Assembly (NCBI GenBank): GCA_963702205.1
Contig: OY969724.1
Location: forward strand, 2,432,001 to 2,496,000
Origin: an uncultured candidate division Zixibacteria bacterium
Lineage (GTDB): Bacteria > Zixibacteria > MSB-5A5 > GN15 > PGXB01
Direction: 5' to 3'
Length of the DNA: 64,000 nucleotides
Made by a program: the position numbers and the translations under genes. A model generated the notes under the pieces. It was given only the letters and a program-made list of their open reading frames with translations, searched no databases and had not been told where the DNA came from. Each line of letters starts with the position of its first letter. The stretch's first letter is position 1. Shown here piece after piece: positions 31,346 through 41,630 of the stretch.

Positions 31346-31794
31346 GTTTCACCCTTGGTAATTTGTATCGAAAACTCGGAACCGTCTTGTTCCATGATAA
31401 CTTCGTTTTTCTTAATGTCGACGACCCGAGCGCCGGCGACTTTATCTCCAACATGAACTATATTCTTGTTTATTACCGCGACGGTTGTTTTGGTGTTGAT
31501 AATGACGCCGTTTAAGGTCCATTGAGGAGCCGGTGTGTCCGACTGACCGGTTCTGTTGTCCACTTCCGCATAAAAACGGCAAAACGGGTCGCTTCCCCAG
31601 GGCAGGGAACTGTAGTATGCGATGTCAATGGCCTGCTTCACGCTCGCGGGAATTTTCTGAGCGACCGGAGCGGGGTTGTCTAAAGACGAATCGGTTTGTT
31701 CTTTATCCTTGCGGCCGGGAATGTTCGCGATGCCATAGATGACAGCGGCGACCAGCAAAGCATATATGATTATTTTGCGTTTGGCTTGGTTCAT
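31342..31794 (-). CDS. Pilus accessory protein (MshK/PilP-like)
   Basis: N-terminal TM, DPF, LNGVI…AVIN…VGD motif; position in operon. Confidence 0.65.
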   Translation of the reverse strand: MNQAKRKIIIYALLVAAVIYGIANIPGRKDKEQTDSSLDNPAPVAQKIPASVKQAIDIAYYSSLPWGSDPFCRFYAEVDNRTGQSDTPAPQWTLNGVIINTKTTVAVINKNIVHVGDKVAGARVVDIKKNEVIMEQDGSEFSIQITKGET

Positions 31795-32354
31795 CAGCTT
31801 CCCTTTATGGTCCCCAGGACGGCCTTGAAGCCGTACTGCACGTCAGACGTGCGACTGTCATTGAGATGGTTAAATATCCGACAGAAGGTGAGGCCTTTGT
31901 AAAAGTTCTCGGCCTCGATTTTTTTGATCAGTTGTCCGACCTCGAAAATGGTGCCGTCGAGTTTCAATCCTATCTCAAGCACCTGCGGCCGGTTGTCATC
32001 GGGCATTTGCCGGTTCAAGAAGAGCAGTTCCTCAACCGAAGGCGTGATTTCCTTTATGGTGACGTCGCTTTGGCGAGCCATCTTTTTAATTTTGTCGAAA
32101 AGTTCCATGACGTCTTTTTTGGGAATAAGCTTGGACATCAGCCGCGATTTTTTTGCGTCGATAGCTTTGCGCGAGTCATAAAAATCAGGCAGAGTTGACA
32201 TTATCCGGTTGAAATCGGCAAGTTGACTTCGGGCCTCGCCAATATTGCTTTTGATCCCGTTTATTTTGTGGTCGGCCGGAACCGCCAGAAACAGGGCCCA
32301 GGCTATCAGAATGGCCGCCGATAGCCCCAGGGTGAGGTAATGTCTCATCTTCAT
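31794..32354 (-). CDS. Type IV pilus alignment protein PilO-like
   Basis: TM plus coiled coil plus ferredoxin-like domain; position in operon. Confidence 0.7.
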   Translation of the reverse strand: MKMRHYLTLGLSAAILIAWALFLAVPADHKINGIKSNIGEARSQLADFNRIMSTLPDFYDSRKAIDAKKSRLMSKLIPKKDVMELFDKIKKMARQSDVTIKEITPSVEELLFLNRQMPDDNRPQVLEIGLKLDGTIFEVGQLIKKIEAENFYKGLTFCRIFNHLNDSRTSDVQYGFKAVLGTIKGS

Positions 32355-33958
32355 ATCGCGGTCCTCATATCAATCTGGAAATCGACGATGAACCGGCCTT
32401 TGTCGTATTTTTTGGAATGACGTTTTAGCGTCACGAGGTCGTAAAAAGGCGATTTTTCGAGTTCGACGATATATTCGGCCAGAACCACTTCGGGCGGCGG
32501 ATCGTTGGAAACGACCTGGCCGATCAAAGTCAGATCAAGCACTCCTTTTTCGTCTTTTAAATCATACTGCATGAGTTTAATTTTCCACGGAGTTATAAGA
32601 GACAGCTCTTTCAGGTTCAGGTGCAGGAATGTCGGGTTGTTTTCGAGGAGTTTCAGCATTTCCTGATCGTTGGCGATTTGCCTTTTGATCTGTTGATACA
32701 TCGTGTACGAAGTCGAATTCTCGAAATTCGATATTTGCTCCTGAAGACCCGTCAGTTTGGATTGTTCAATGGCTATGGCCGATTTCCATGACATCCACAA
32801 GCCGAGCAGACAGACGACCAGGAGAGCCAGACCCGGGACGGCCAGACGGTAGAATTTTTTTTCGGCCTGAATTTCTTTAAGTTCAGGCGGCAGGAAACTT
32901 AGTAGCTTATAGTCGGCCATGGCCAGCGCAATCGTCCCGAGGGAACGCATCATCGCGTCGCATTCGGTCGGTTCCTGCGGAATTGATCTCCGCTGCAAAT
33001 CAAGGGCAATATTTTTAAATTCGATACCGAAACGTCCGCTCAGGTCGGCAAGAGTGTTTTCACGGCAGGGGACGTCGCCGTACACATAAATCGCGCGCGG
33101 TGTCGCGGTGGGATGAAGGCCGGCATAATAATCGAGAGAATTTTGAAGCTCGGCCAGAAGTGTGTCATAATAACGGTCGATGGAAGCCCCGCCGGTAGTT
33201 TCGGCTTCCTGCAGGGGTGCCCCCAGGGCGATATTGTGGACGAAAGTCAGGCGATGTCCGAGGTAAAAGCCGATTTCGGTTTTAGCCGCTCCCGAACGTA
33301 CGAGCACATAGACTTCGTCTTTGCGGAAATTTTTTAGCCCGAGCAAAAGAAACCCGACCGCTTCGAGCTCCGAATATATGGCGGTGATATCCATTCCCGC
33401 CGTCTGAAGATATTTCAGGTTTTCATCTATGTTTTGTTTGCGAACGGCCGTGACGGCCACGGAAGTGTGTTGATCGTCTCCAAAAAAGACGCCGTCGCTC
33501 GGCAGCAAGCAGTGGCCATAATAGGATCTGTCGAGCTTGAACGGGATTTGTTTGTCGGCTTCCCAGTAAATGGCCCCGGACATATCTTTGGCGGACATAT
33601 TGGGGAGGCTGATGATCCGGAAGGCGCAATCGACGTTGCCGACACCCATGACGAATTTGGTCATGGGCCGACGGTATTTTTTAATGTACTCCCCAATAGC
33701 ATTGTTGAAAAAAGCCTGACGGGCGTCTTGTCCTGAAAGATCCGGGGGCACAGACACCCGCTTCGTATTTATCAATCTGGATCGGAATAAGCTCCTTGAT
33801 TGGGTTGCGAGAATGATAGCGTTATCAGTCACGGTGACGGCGATGGTCCGGCCGAAGCGGTGATTTTTTAAAGGCGGCTTGGCGGCAATACGATTTTTGG
33901 GTTTAGTTCCGGTTTTGGATTTCGCGGCCTTCTTTTTATTTTCAGACTTTTTCAGCAT
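32351..33958 (-). CDS. Fused PilM/PilN-like pilus assembly protein
   Basis: FRIISLP…AIYWEA…IPF, ELQNSLDYY, LLSFLP then TM plus PilN-like domain; likely start ATG 33958. Confidence 0.75.
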   Translation of the reverse strand: MLKKSENKKKAAKSKTGTKPKNRIAAKPPLKNHRFGRTIAVTVTDNAIILATQSRSLFRSRLINTKRVSVPPDLSGQDARQAFFNNAIGEYIKKYRRPMTKFVMGVGNVDCAFRIISLPNMSAKDMSGAIYWEADKQIPFKLDRSYYGHCLLPSDGVFFGDDQHTSVAVTAVRKQNIDENLKYLQTAGMDITAIYSELEAVGFLLLGLKNFRKDEVYVLVRSGAAKTEIGFYLGHRLTFVHNIALGAPLQEAETTGGASIDRYYDTLLAELQNSLDYYAGLHPTATPRAIYVYGDVPCRENTLADLSGRFGIEFKNIALDLQRRSIPQEPTECDAMMRSLGTIALAMADYKLLSFLPPELKEIQAEKKFYRLAVPGLALLVVCLLGLWMSWKSAIAIEQSKLTGLQEQISNFENSTSYTMYQQIKRQIANDQEMLKLLENNPTFLHLNLKELSLITPWKIKLMQYDLKDEKGVLDLTLIGQVVSNDPPPEVVLAEYIVELEKSPFYDLVTLKRHSKKYDKGRFIVDFQIDMRTAI

Positions 33959-33983
33959 CTTGTCCGATTGTTTTTTATAATTT

Positions 33984-34451
33984 TCAAAAGCTCGTGACGA
34001 TGTTGGGTGTGGTGCCGGTTGACGTGATAGTCCGGGCAGCCGGGTCATACGCATAAGGAACCGTCCAGGCATCGTTGAGATATTCGCCTCCGGCGCCGTC
34101 AAGGTACGGGCCGTTCCAGCCCTGCCGGGTGAATTTGTCATAGGTGGGGATAGAATCCGGTTTTGTTACCAAATCCTCAAGACGGGGCGGCGCGAAGCCG
34201 ACGTCGCCTTCGAACCCCCGGTCAACATATTCTCCGCCGGCAATAATTTCGGCGTTTCCGATAATGGCTTTTTTAATGGTCTGCATCTCACTTTTGGTAG
34301 CGTTGATTTTAGCACTTTCCGTGAGGGTGCCGTATTTGGGTATTGCCACGGCGGCGACAATACCCAGTACAACGATAATTATAACCAATTCGACCAGGGT
34401 AAAGCCTGATGTGTCAAATCCGGAGGTATTTGAATTTACCCTGACGGTCAT
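33984..34451 (-). CDS. Type IV pilin/pseudopilin
   Basis: GFTLVELVIIIVVLGIVAAVAIPKY; GWNGPYL…DAW…Y (GspG-like). Confidence 0.93.
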   Translation of the reverse strand: MTVRVNSNTSGFDTSGFTLVELVIIIVVLGIVAAVAIPKYGTLTESAKINATKSEMQTIKKAIIGNAEIIAGGEYVDRGFEGDVGFAPPRLEDLVTKPDSIPTYDKFTRQGWNGPYLDGAGGEYLNDAWTVPYAYDPAARTITSTGTTPNIVTSF

Positions 34452-34457
34452 AGCGGA

Positions 34458-34886
34458 TTACCAGTCGTTCTCACCGTTGGAAGAAGTGTTCGGCCAGATT
34501 TCACCGGTCGTGGCATTATAAGCCCAGCCGCCGCGCGTGCCAACAGTCGTGCCTTTAGTAACGCCGGTGACGATGCTGTCGGGAGCGTTGGTGGAACTCT
34601 GGTAGGGATTGGCCGGAATGGACTGTGCCATCACGACACCGATGGCTCTGAGACTGTCAATTACCGGCCAAGTGGCGGTGCCGGTGGTCACAGCCTGATT
34701 AGCGTACCAAATGGCGATGCCGGAACGAAGGCCGCCCAACGCGGAACGAGCCGAGGCTTCTTTAGCTTCGGATGAAATATCCTGATATTTAGGAATGGCT
34801 ACGGCGGCCAGGATACCAAGGATGACGATGATGATAACCAGTTCGACCAGGGTGAAACCGCTTTGATTTTTGATTTTGGCGTGCAT
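34458..34886 (-). CDS. Major type IV pilin, MshA-like
   Basis: GFTLVELVIIIVILGILAAVAIPKY; RBS AAGGAG before ATG 34886; own promoter. Confidence 0.93.
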   Translation of the reverse strand: MHAKIKNQSGFTLVELVIIIVILGILAAVAIPKYQDISSEAKEASARSALGGLRSGIAIWYANQAVTTGTATWPVIDSLRAIGVVMAQSIPANPYQSSTNAPDSIVTGVTKGTTVGTRGGWAYNATTGEIWPNTSSNGENDW

Positions 34887-34934
34887 TGCGACTCCTTTCA
34901 AGCCTATTCAAAAATGATTAGTTCTTTATGGTAA

Positions 34935-34961
34935 ATATCGGCAACAGGCGATTTTGCTTTA
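34935..34961 (-). promoter_or_regulatory. Sigma28-type promoter for the major pilin
   Basis: - strand TAAA-N15-GCCGATAT, exact SigD/FliA consensus. Confidence 0.75.
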
Positions 34962-34967
34962 ATTCGG

Positions 34968-36182
34968 CTATTTATTGAAAACCTGGATCAGGTTCCACAT
35001 CGGCAGGAATATGGCCAGGGCTACGATCAGGACGAAACCCCCAAGGACGACGGTTAAAATCGGCTCCAATAGCGAGGTCAAATGACGGGATTTGTAATCC
35101 ACTTCTTTGCTGAAATGATTGGCGACTTCGGCCAGCATGGTTTCAACGGAGCCGCTTTCGAGGCCGATCTGGATCATGCGCAGACCCATGAGCGGGAAGT
35201 ATTTGAGTTTGTCCAGAGTTCCGGTGATTTCGCGGCCCTCCCGGAAGGAATCGGCGAGAATCAGGATTTCACCGGATATCTGCGAGTTCTTTATGGACTT
35301 TGATAGCAACTCAAGCGATTTAACCAGAGGCAAACCGCTTTTCATGAGAATTTGAAACATATAGGCAAAACGGGCGACATTGCCTTTAATTATCAGATCG
35401 CCGAAAATAGGGACCTGAAGAAACAGGCGGTCGAAGTACAATTTCCCTCGTGTGGTGGAACGCACCTTTCGTATTATTAAAATTATGGCGGCGATTGCTG
35501 CGAGTATAATAATCCAGTAATTACTGACAAAGTGATTGGTCCAGATCAATAGTCTGGTCGGGGCGGGAAGCTGGGCGTCCATTTTAGCGTAGAAATCCGT
35601 AAAGCGCGGAATGACGAATGTAATCAGGACGATAAAGGCGATGGCAATAGCGCACACGACAATTATGGGATAACGCACCGATGATTTTATCTGGCGGTGC
35701 AGTTCAAGGTCTTTTTCGAGCATAATCCCGAGGGAATCGAGAATCTGGTCGAGCTTGCCGGAGCTTTCACCGGCCGTGATGGAGGCGGTATAGATGCGCG
35801 GGAAAATATCCGGAAATTCCGACATGGCCTCCGAAAGAGATTTACCGGATTCCACCAGTGACAGTATTTTTGCGATAGCGTTGTTGAACTCACCGTTTTC
35901 CGGTCCGATTTTTATGATCGAAAGAGCCCTGAGAAGCGGCACGCCGGCACGGTACAGCGTCGACAAGTTGCGCGTGAAAATAATCAGGTTTTCATAGTGT
36001 CGGGCTTTCAGGAATTTGAAAATGTTGCGACGATGTCCGATTTTGCTGATTGAAATTTCGGTCGGGATAAGGCGTTGATCGGCCAGTATCGCGGCGACCC
36101 GTTCGGGGTTTTCGGCCTCGATCAGGCCGGTTCGCTGTTCGCCCTCGGCCGTTCGGGCGATATATTCAAAAGTCTCAGGCAT
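34968..36182 (-). CDS. Type IV pilus platform protein (PilC/MshG/GspF)
   Basis: FTRNLSTL…AGVPL, GESSGKL, RYP, GLESG, LLEP. Confidence 0.95.
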   Translation of the reverse strand: MPETFEYIARTAEGEQRTGLIEAENPERVAAILADQRLIPTEISISKIGHRRNIFKFLKARHYENLIIFTRNLSTLYRAGVPLLRALSIIKIGPENGEFNNAIAKILSLVESGKSLSEAMSEFPDIFPRIYTASITAGESSGKLDQILDSLGIMLEKDLELHRQIKSSVRYPIIVVCAIAIAFIVLITFVIPRFTDFYAKMDAQLPAPTRLLIWTNHFVSNYWIIILAAIAAIILIIRKVRSTTRGKLYFDRLFLQVPIFGDLIIKGNVARFAYMFQILMKSGLPLVKSLELLSKSIKNSQISGEILILADSFREGREITGTLDKLKYFPLMGLRMIQIGLESGSVETMLAEVANHFSKEVDYKSRHLTSLLEPILTVVLGGFVLIVALAIFLPMWNLIQVFNK

Positions 36183-37902
36183 TGATTGCTATTCTCGGTT
36201 GTTCAACGCGGGAATTGTCGCTTTCCAGAACCGATACTCCGCGCAACAGTTCGTCCAGGCTGATCTGGCCCTGCTTGACTTTTTCTATGCCCGCCAGAAA
36301 CAGCGGGACATAACCCTGCCGCATGGCGTGGTTTTTTATCTGGAGGTCCGACTCACCGTTAATAATCATCTCGGCAATTCGCTCGTCGATTTCGATTAGT
36401 TCGTAAACACCCGTTTGGCCTTTATATCCGGTCATGCGGCAGCGACTGCAGCCCAGTCCGTGCATGAATTTGAAACCGTCGGTTTTGCCGGTGAGGTTGG
36501 CCAGGCGCAGTTCGAATTCAGGCGGTTGATATTCTTCGGAACACTCGGGGCAGTTAGTACGGACCAGCCGTTGCGCCAGCACGGCCTTAAGCGACGACGC
36601 GACGAGGTATTTGGCGACGCCCATATCGACCAGTCGGTTGACGCTGCTGGGAGCGTCGTTGGTATGCAGGGTGGAAAAAACGAGGTGGCCGGTCAGGGCC
36701 GAGCGAACGGCCATGGCGGCGGTTTCGGTATCGCGGACTTCACCGATCATAATGATGTCCGGGTTTTGCCGCAATATGGAGCGCAGGGAGGTTGCAAAAG
36801 TCAGGCCGGCCTTTTCGTTGGTCTGGACCTGGTTAACAAGAGAAAGCGAGTACTCGACCGGGTCTTCGACCGTAATTATGTTTTTTTCAATGGAGTTGAT
36901 TTCCTGCAGGACGGCGTAGAGCGTCGTGGTCTTGCCGCTTGAGGTCGGCCCGGTAATCAGGATGAGACCTTCCTTAAGCCGGATAATGTCTTTCCAGCGC
37001 CCGAGAATATCTGCGGAAAAGCCCAGACGATCCAGCCCGATGTTCAGGACCCGACGGTCGAGAATACGAATAACTATTTTCTCGCCGTGCACGGTCGGCA
37101 GGGTGGAGATCCGCAGGTCGATATCGTTGCCGTCGATGTTGACCAGCATACGTCCGTCCTGGGGCAGGCGTTTTTCCGAAACGTCCATATCGGCCGCCAC
37201 TTTTATTCGGGAGATTATTTCAGCCTGCAAATTTTTGGGAGGTGACGCTTCCTCACGCATGACACCATTGATTCGATAGCGTACGCGCAGCTGTTTTTCA
37301 TCCGGTTCTATGTGAATGTCCGAGGCGCGTTCTTTGACGGCCTGGCCGATAATCAGGTTGACAAGTTTTACGACGGGTGTATCGGTTTCCTGAGCGAGAA
37401 TACCCTCGGCGATATCCGGCACGGCGGATTCTTCACTGGCGATGGTGTCTCCGATAACCCCGTGCAGGGAATCGGCGACGCTGTAATACTGATCGATAGC
37501 ATTGACGATTTCCGAGTGCGATCCGACAACGCGCTTGATTTCACATTTGGTAATATAGCTCAGTTCTTCTATGGCAATGATATTCAGGGGGTCGGACATG
37601 GCGATGGTCAGGGTGTTGCCGATTTTGAAAACCGGCATGAGCCCGAAACGGCGGGCGGCCTCAACGGGCACAAGGCTGACAATCCTTGGATCGATAACGA
37701 GTGATTCCAGAGAAATTTTAGGAATTTTCAGGCGTTCGGAAAGAGTGTCGAGCAGCTGATCCTCGGTTATGAGGCCCCGCTCGACGAGGATTTGGCCTAC
37801 TTTGTGTCCGGTCTTTTTTTGTTCGTCGAGAGCGCTTTTAAGTTCCGCTTCGGAAATAAGACCTTTTTCAATTAAAATGTCGCCAATTCTTTTGCGAGAC
37901 AT
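36175..37902 (-). CDS. Type IV pilus assembly ATPase (PilB/MshE) with N-terminal MshEN domain
   Basis: RIGDILIEKGLI…KVGQILVERGLI, GPTSSGKTT, LRQNPD, TGHL, tetra-Cys motif; start ATG 37902. Confidence 0.95.
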   Translation of the reverse strand: MSRKRIGDILIEKGLISEAELKSALDEQKKTGHKVGQILVERGLITEDQLLDTLSERLKIPKISLESLVIDPRIVSLVPVEAARRFGLMPVFKIGNTLTIAMSDPLNIIAIEELSYITKCEIKRVVGSHSEIVNAIDQYYSVADSLHGVIGDTIASEESAVPDIAEGILAQETDTPVVKLVNLIIGQAVKERASDIHIEPDEKQLRVRYRINGVMREEASPPKNLQAEIISRIKVAADMDVSEKRLPQDGRMLVNIDGNDIDLRISTLPTVHGEKIVIRILDRRVLNIGLDRLGFSADILGRWKDIIRLKEGLILITGPTSSGKTTTLYAVLQEINSIEKNIITVEDPVEYSLSLVNQVQTNEKAGLTFATSLRSILRQNPDIIMIGEVRDTETAAMAVRSALTGHLVFSTLHTNDAPSSVNRLVDMGVAKYLVASSLKAVLAQRLVRTNCPECSEEYQPPEFELRLANLTGKTDGFKFMHGLGCSRCRMTGYKGQTGVYELIEIDERIAEMIINGESDLQIKNHAMRQGYVPLFLAGIEKVKQGQISLDELLRGVSVLESDNSRVEQPRIAINA

Positions 37903-38080
37903 AGAAATCCATCCATACAATGTATTCCATCTATTAATCGGAATCTTGAGGGATTTGCTTAACGGGCACCGGGCGAGCGCATTTAACTTATTTGTTGCTT
38001 TTGGGTTACAAAGGGACGATAATATCATATTATGGGGGAAAAAAGGATAAAAACGATTTTCCCGGTTTGAAATATAGATT

Positions 38081-39664
38081 ATGAAAACAGCCTGCTTCAT
38101 TCTGACCTTGATATTGAGCGCCATCGGCGCGCGGGCCGGGGAGACCGGGCCGCAGAACCAGCCCATCATTGATTCCATTGAGATTCACAACAATAATATT
38201 TATGACAAGTCCAATCCCGACTACAAGCACTGGATATTCACATTGGCCAATAAACTTCATTTGCGCACGCGCAAGGCGGTCATCAGGGGGGAGCTTTTGC
38301 TGCACGTCGGGGACAGGTATAACCCCGACCTGGCCGAGGAAACGGCTCGCAACTTAAGATCCCTGCACTATATCTGGAATGCGCGGGCCGATTTGATAAG
38401 AGGTGACGACGGGTCGGACATCCTCAGAGTTTCCACAATTGATCGCTGGTCGCTGACCGGGGGACCGGCGATAAACAGAGTATCGGGGCAGACGACGTAT
38501 AAGATCGGGGCGAAGGAGTCGAATTTCCTCGGGTATGGGAAGACGGTCGCGCTGGATTGTTTCTTCCGTGATTTCGATCGGGATTACTACACGCTCTGGT
38601 ATTATGATCGAAGGGTGGCAGACAGAAATCTATCGTTGAATATATTTATCAACGATGACCCTGAAATAGGAACCAGGGCCGTTACTTTATACAGACCGTA
38701 CTATTCACTGAATTCGACACATACGTTTTCGTTCGATTACACCAGGTACGATTATCGAAAGGACCACTATCGTGAAGGTGTGATAGCCGGGCGGGAATTT
38801 CTTCATGGCGGCAAAATAGAGGTTTCCGGGGGCCATCGCTGGGGCACATACCATACGAAAGTCCTTGCCGGCGCCGGTTATACATATGCCGATCTCGATG
38901 ACAGGGATACGGCGCGATACGATGAAAGTACCGAAATATCGTTCGGGGCGGACAGCCTGTATCATTATGCCGAGCTTTCCGCGGGCATTCAGGATATCCG
39001 GTATATAAAAACCAACCGAATAAACCTGTTTACCCGCGACGAGGATATAACGCTGACGAGAGGACTGACATTCGTATACGGATGGTCCCGGCACACCGGT
39101 TCGCTTGGGAGGTATTATGACGTCATGGGCGTGCTGGGAGATTATTGCATCTATTATAAATCGAATTTGATTCTGGTTCAGGGCAGCGTGCGAAGATGGT
39201 TCCGCAATGACGCTACGCTGAGACGGCTGTTTGACGCTCAGGTTAAATATTACAATAACACGCGCCAATGGTACACATTGGCGATATTTATGCGTCTGGC
39301 GAAAGATGTCAGAGCGGACGGGCAGAGGGAATTGTACCTGGGCGAAAACACGGGAATACGGGCATATCCGAAGAATTATGCGAACGGAGAAAAGTCCCTG
39401 ATCGTCAATGTTGAAAATAGATTTTTCCCAAATATCAGGTTCTCGGCGAGTCGCATCAGCCCGGTTCAATTTTTGGATATCGGATCGGTATGGAACAGAG
39501 GCGAAGATTTGGATGTAAGGCACATGGAGTGGTCGGTCGGCGTTGGTTTGAGAATAAGCACGGAAAGGCTGGCAAGCCGGGAAGCGGCTCGTATAGACCT
39601 GGCTTATGCCGGTGACCTGAAAACCTGGCAAATTTCCTTTGGACTTGGTCAATATTTGGACTAA
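38081..39664 (+). CDS. Omp85 (BamA/TamA) family outer-membrane protein
   Basis: Signal peptide, POTRA-like ETARNLRSL, ESNFLG, GIRAYP, C-terminal beta strand ISFGLGQY. Confidence 0.8.
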   Translation: MKTACFILTLILSAIGARAGETGPQNQPIIDSIEIHNNNIYDKSNPDYKHWIFTLANKLHLRTRKAVIRGELLLHVGDRYNPDLAEETARNLRSLHYIWNARADLIRGDDGSDILRVSTIDRWSLTGGPAINRVSGQTTYKIGAKESNFLGYGKTVALDCFFRDFDRDYYTLWYYDRRVADRNLSLNIFINDDPEIGTRAVTLYRPYYSLNSTHTFSFDYTRYDYRKDHYREGVIAGREFLHGGKIEVSGGHRWGTYHTKVLAGAGYTYADLDDRDTARYDESTEISFGADSLYHYAELSAGIQDIRYIKTNRINLFTRDEDITLTRGLTFVYGWSRHTGSLGRYYDVMGVLGDYCIYYKSNLILVQGSVRRWFRNDATLRRLFDAQVKYYNNTRQWYTLAIFMRLAKDVRADGQRELYLGENTGIRAYPKNYANGEKSLIVNVENRFFPNIRFSASRISPVQFLDIGSVWNRGEDLDVRHMEWSVGVGLRISTERLASREAARIDLAYAGDLKTWQISFGLGQYLD

Positions 39665-39769
39665 ATGTAAGGCGTATAAAGCGTAAAGTATATATATGCT
39701 TGACAAATATCGACTTTGCCGTAGATTTATAATGGATAGTTACTTGCCGTATACCGATATACAACATTA

Positions 39770-41488
39770 ATGCCAAGAGCAAAAATTACATATTCCGTCA
39801 TAAAACAGGGGCTGGCAGCGATAAGTATTGCTATCCTGCTGACCGGCTACGGGTTTGCGTCACAGGCGCCAATCCGAGCCGAGGCCCAAAAATCCTCCAT
39901 TTCTCTCATCGAAAAGGCGTATCAGTCCGGTGAAATTTCTTTGGGGGACAAGGTTTATAACAACATTTTAACCGTATTTGCTCCGGATCGCCTTCCGAGC
40001 GAATTTAAAGGCGAAAGTTCCGGCATAATTAAAAGCGGGACGCCTTATATTTTCGAGGCCGTGAAGCATTGGGATCAAATGACCCCGGACCAGCAGAGCG
40101 CAGTCAGAGCTTTTATGGCACGGCCTCCACTGGATTCGGTCTATACGTCGCCCGGCGGCTATTTTAAAATCCACTATACGTTCAGTTGGCCTGATTCGGT
40201 TTCGGCTGACGATATTGACATGAGCGGTGTTCCCGATTATGTCGAAAGAGTGGCTCTGTATGCCGACAGCGCCCATGCCTATTATCAGGGACAAATAGGA
40301 TATCGGACGCCTCCGGCTGACGCTGATGGTCTGTATGACATTTATCTTGATAATATGGGTTCTGAGGAGTACGGACGGACAAGCCTGGATGGGGCGGCGG
40401 ACTCCTCCTGGAATGATTTCAAGACCTTCATGGAAATCAATTGTGATCTGTCGCATTTGACCTATCAGAATCAGGATCCGGAAGGAACAATGATCGGGGC
40501 CATGAAAGTGACTTGCGCCCATGAATTTTTCCACGCCACGCAGTGTGCCTATGATGCTTATGAAGACCTCTGGTGGATGGAATGCACGGCCGTAGCGTAT
40601 GAAGATGTATTATTTCCCGAAGTAAAGGATAATGTTCAATTCACGCCGTTTTTCTTCAATCGGGCCGATACATCGCTGACGGCCGGGCCATATCGCTGTT
40701 ACGGCGCTTTTGTCTGGCCGGCGTTTCTGCTCAAAGAATACGGCGACGAGATCATCAAAGAAGTTTTCGATTATACGCGGTTTTATGGAATTATCGGTTC
40801 GCTGGATTCGGCATTGAGCCATCATGGAAGTTCCATGGCCAAGGCCTACCCGCATTTTGCGTCCTGGAATTATTTTACCAATATGCGGGCGGATACGTCG
40901 CTGTATCGCAATAGTCCGGACTATCCGGCTATGCCCATCGATCAAACGGTGCCGCTTTGTCCATTTCATGGTGTGACGCCCGTCGAGGCCCCGGATGCCT
41001 ACGGCTGCAATTATATCGTGACTTATCCCGACCAGGACACGACCGCCGGTCTTCTCAAGATCGATTTCGACGGCGGGCCGACCGCAGTCTGGGGACTTTC
41101 TTATATGCTGTTCAAAGGCGATTCGATGGTAATAGTGCCCTCGGTTTTTGTGGACACGGAAGGCCGGTCTATCGCCGGAATATATGATTACCAGGTTTAT
41201 GACTCGATCGTTTTCGTTCCGGCGGTTGTTTCGCAGTACTTTTCGAATCATCAGTACGTATTCGGCGCGAGCATATACCCATTCGGGGATACCGACGGCA
41301 ACGGCAGCCGCAATCTTATCGATATCCTGGTCCTGATCAGCCGGATTTATCAGGGGGGCGATGATCCTTACTACGACTGGCGCATGGGCGATCTGGATTG
41401 TTCGGGAAGTCTGAACCTGGTGGATATTTTATGGCTGATAAATCTCGTCTATTACAGCGACGACGAACCGTTGCCCTGTCGTTATTGA
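39770..41488 (+). CDS. Secreted zinc metalloprotease (MXAN_6640-like) with C-terminal dockerin
   Basis: FKIHY, GVPDYV, HEFFHA…E; twin Ca-binding repeats GDTDGNGSRNLID and GDLDCSGSLNLVD. Confidence 0.85.
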   Translation: MPRAKITYSVIKQGLAAISIAILLTGYGFASQAPIRAEAQKSSISLIEKAYQSGEISLGDKVYNNILTVFAPDRLPSEFKGESSGIIKSGTPYIFEAVKHWDQMTPDQQSAVRAFMARPPLDSVYTSPGGYFKIHYTFSWPDSVSADDIDMSGVPDYVERVALYADSAHAYYQGQIGYRTPPADADGLYDIYLDNMGSEEYGRTSLDGAADSSWNDFKTFMEINCDLSHLTYQNQDPEGTMIGAMKVTCAHEFFHATQCAYDAYEDLWWMECTAVAYEDVLFPEVKDNVQFTPFFFNRADTSLTAGPYRCYGAFVWPAFLLKEYGDEIIKEVFDYTRFYGIIGSLDSALSHHGSSMAKAYPHFASWNYFTNMRADTSLYRNSPDYPAMPIDQTVPLCPFHGVTPVEAPDAYGCNYIVTYPDQDTTAGLLKIDFDGGPTAVWGLSYMLFKGDSMVIVPSVFVDTEGRSIAGIYDYQVYDSIVFVPAVVSQYFSNHQYVFGASIYPFGDTDGNGSRNLIDILVLISRIYQGGDDPYYDWRMGDLDCSGSLNLVDILWLINLVYYSDDEPLPCRY

Positions 41489-41601
41489 TCTCGCCGGAAA
41501 AATCGTAGTTATTTATCCATTATCGATGATGTACTTATCATAAGTGACGAATTACGCCATTATTTCCCTTCGCAATTAGTTCGATTTTATTCATTTTAGC
41601 C

Positions 41602-41630
41602 TTGACTTAAAATATTCAAATACTTATAAA
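41602..41630 (+). promoter_or_regulatory. Sigma70 promoter
   Basis: TTGACT-N17-TATAAA. Confidence 0.7.

Noticed and set aside
33959..34141. N-terminal extensions in the ORF track (PilM-N here; also PilB to 38178, archease from 56347, Gfo from 25124)
   Set aside because: They overlap neighbouring genes or promoters; downstream ATGs match family N-termini.
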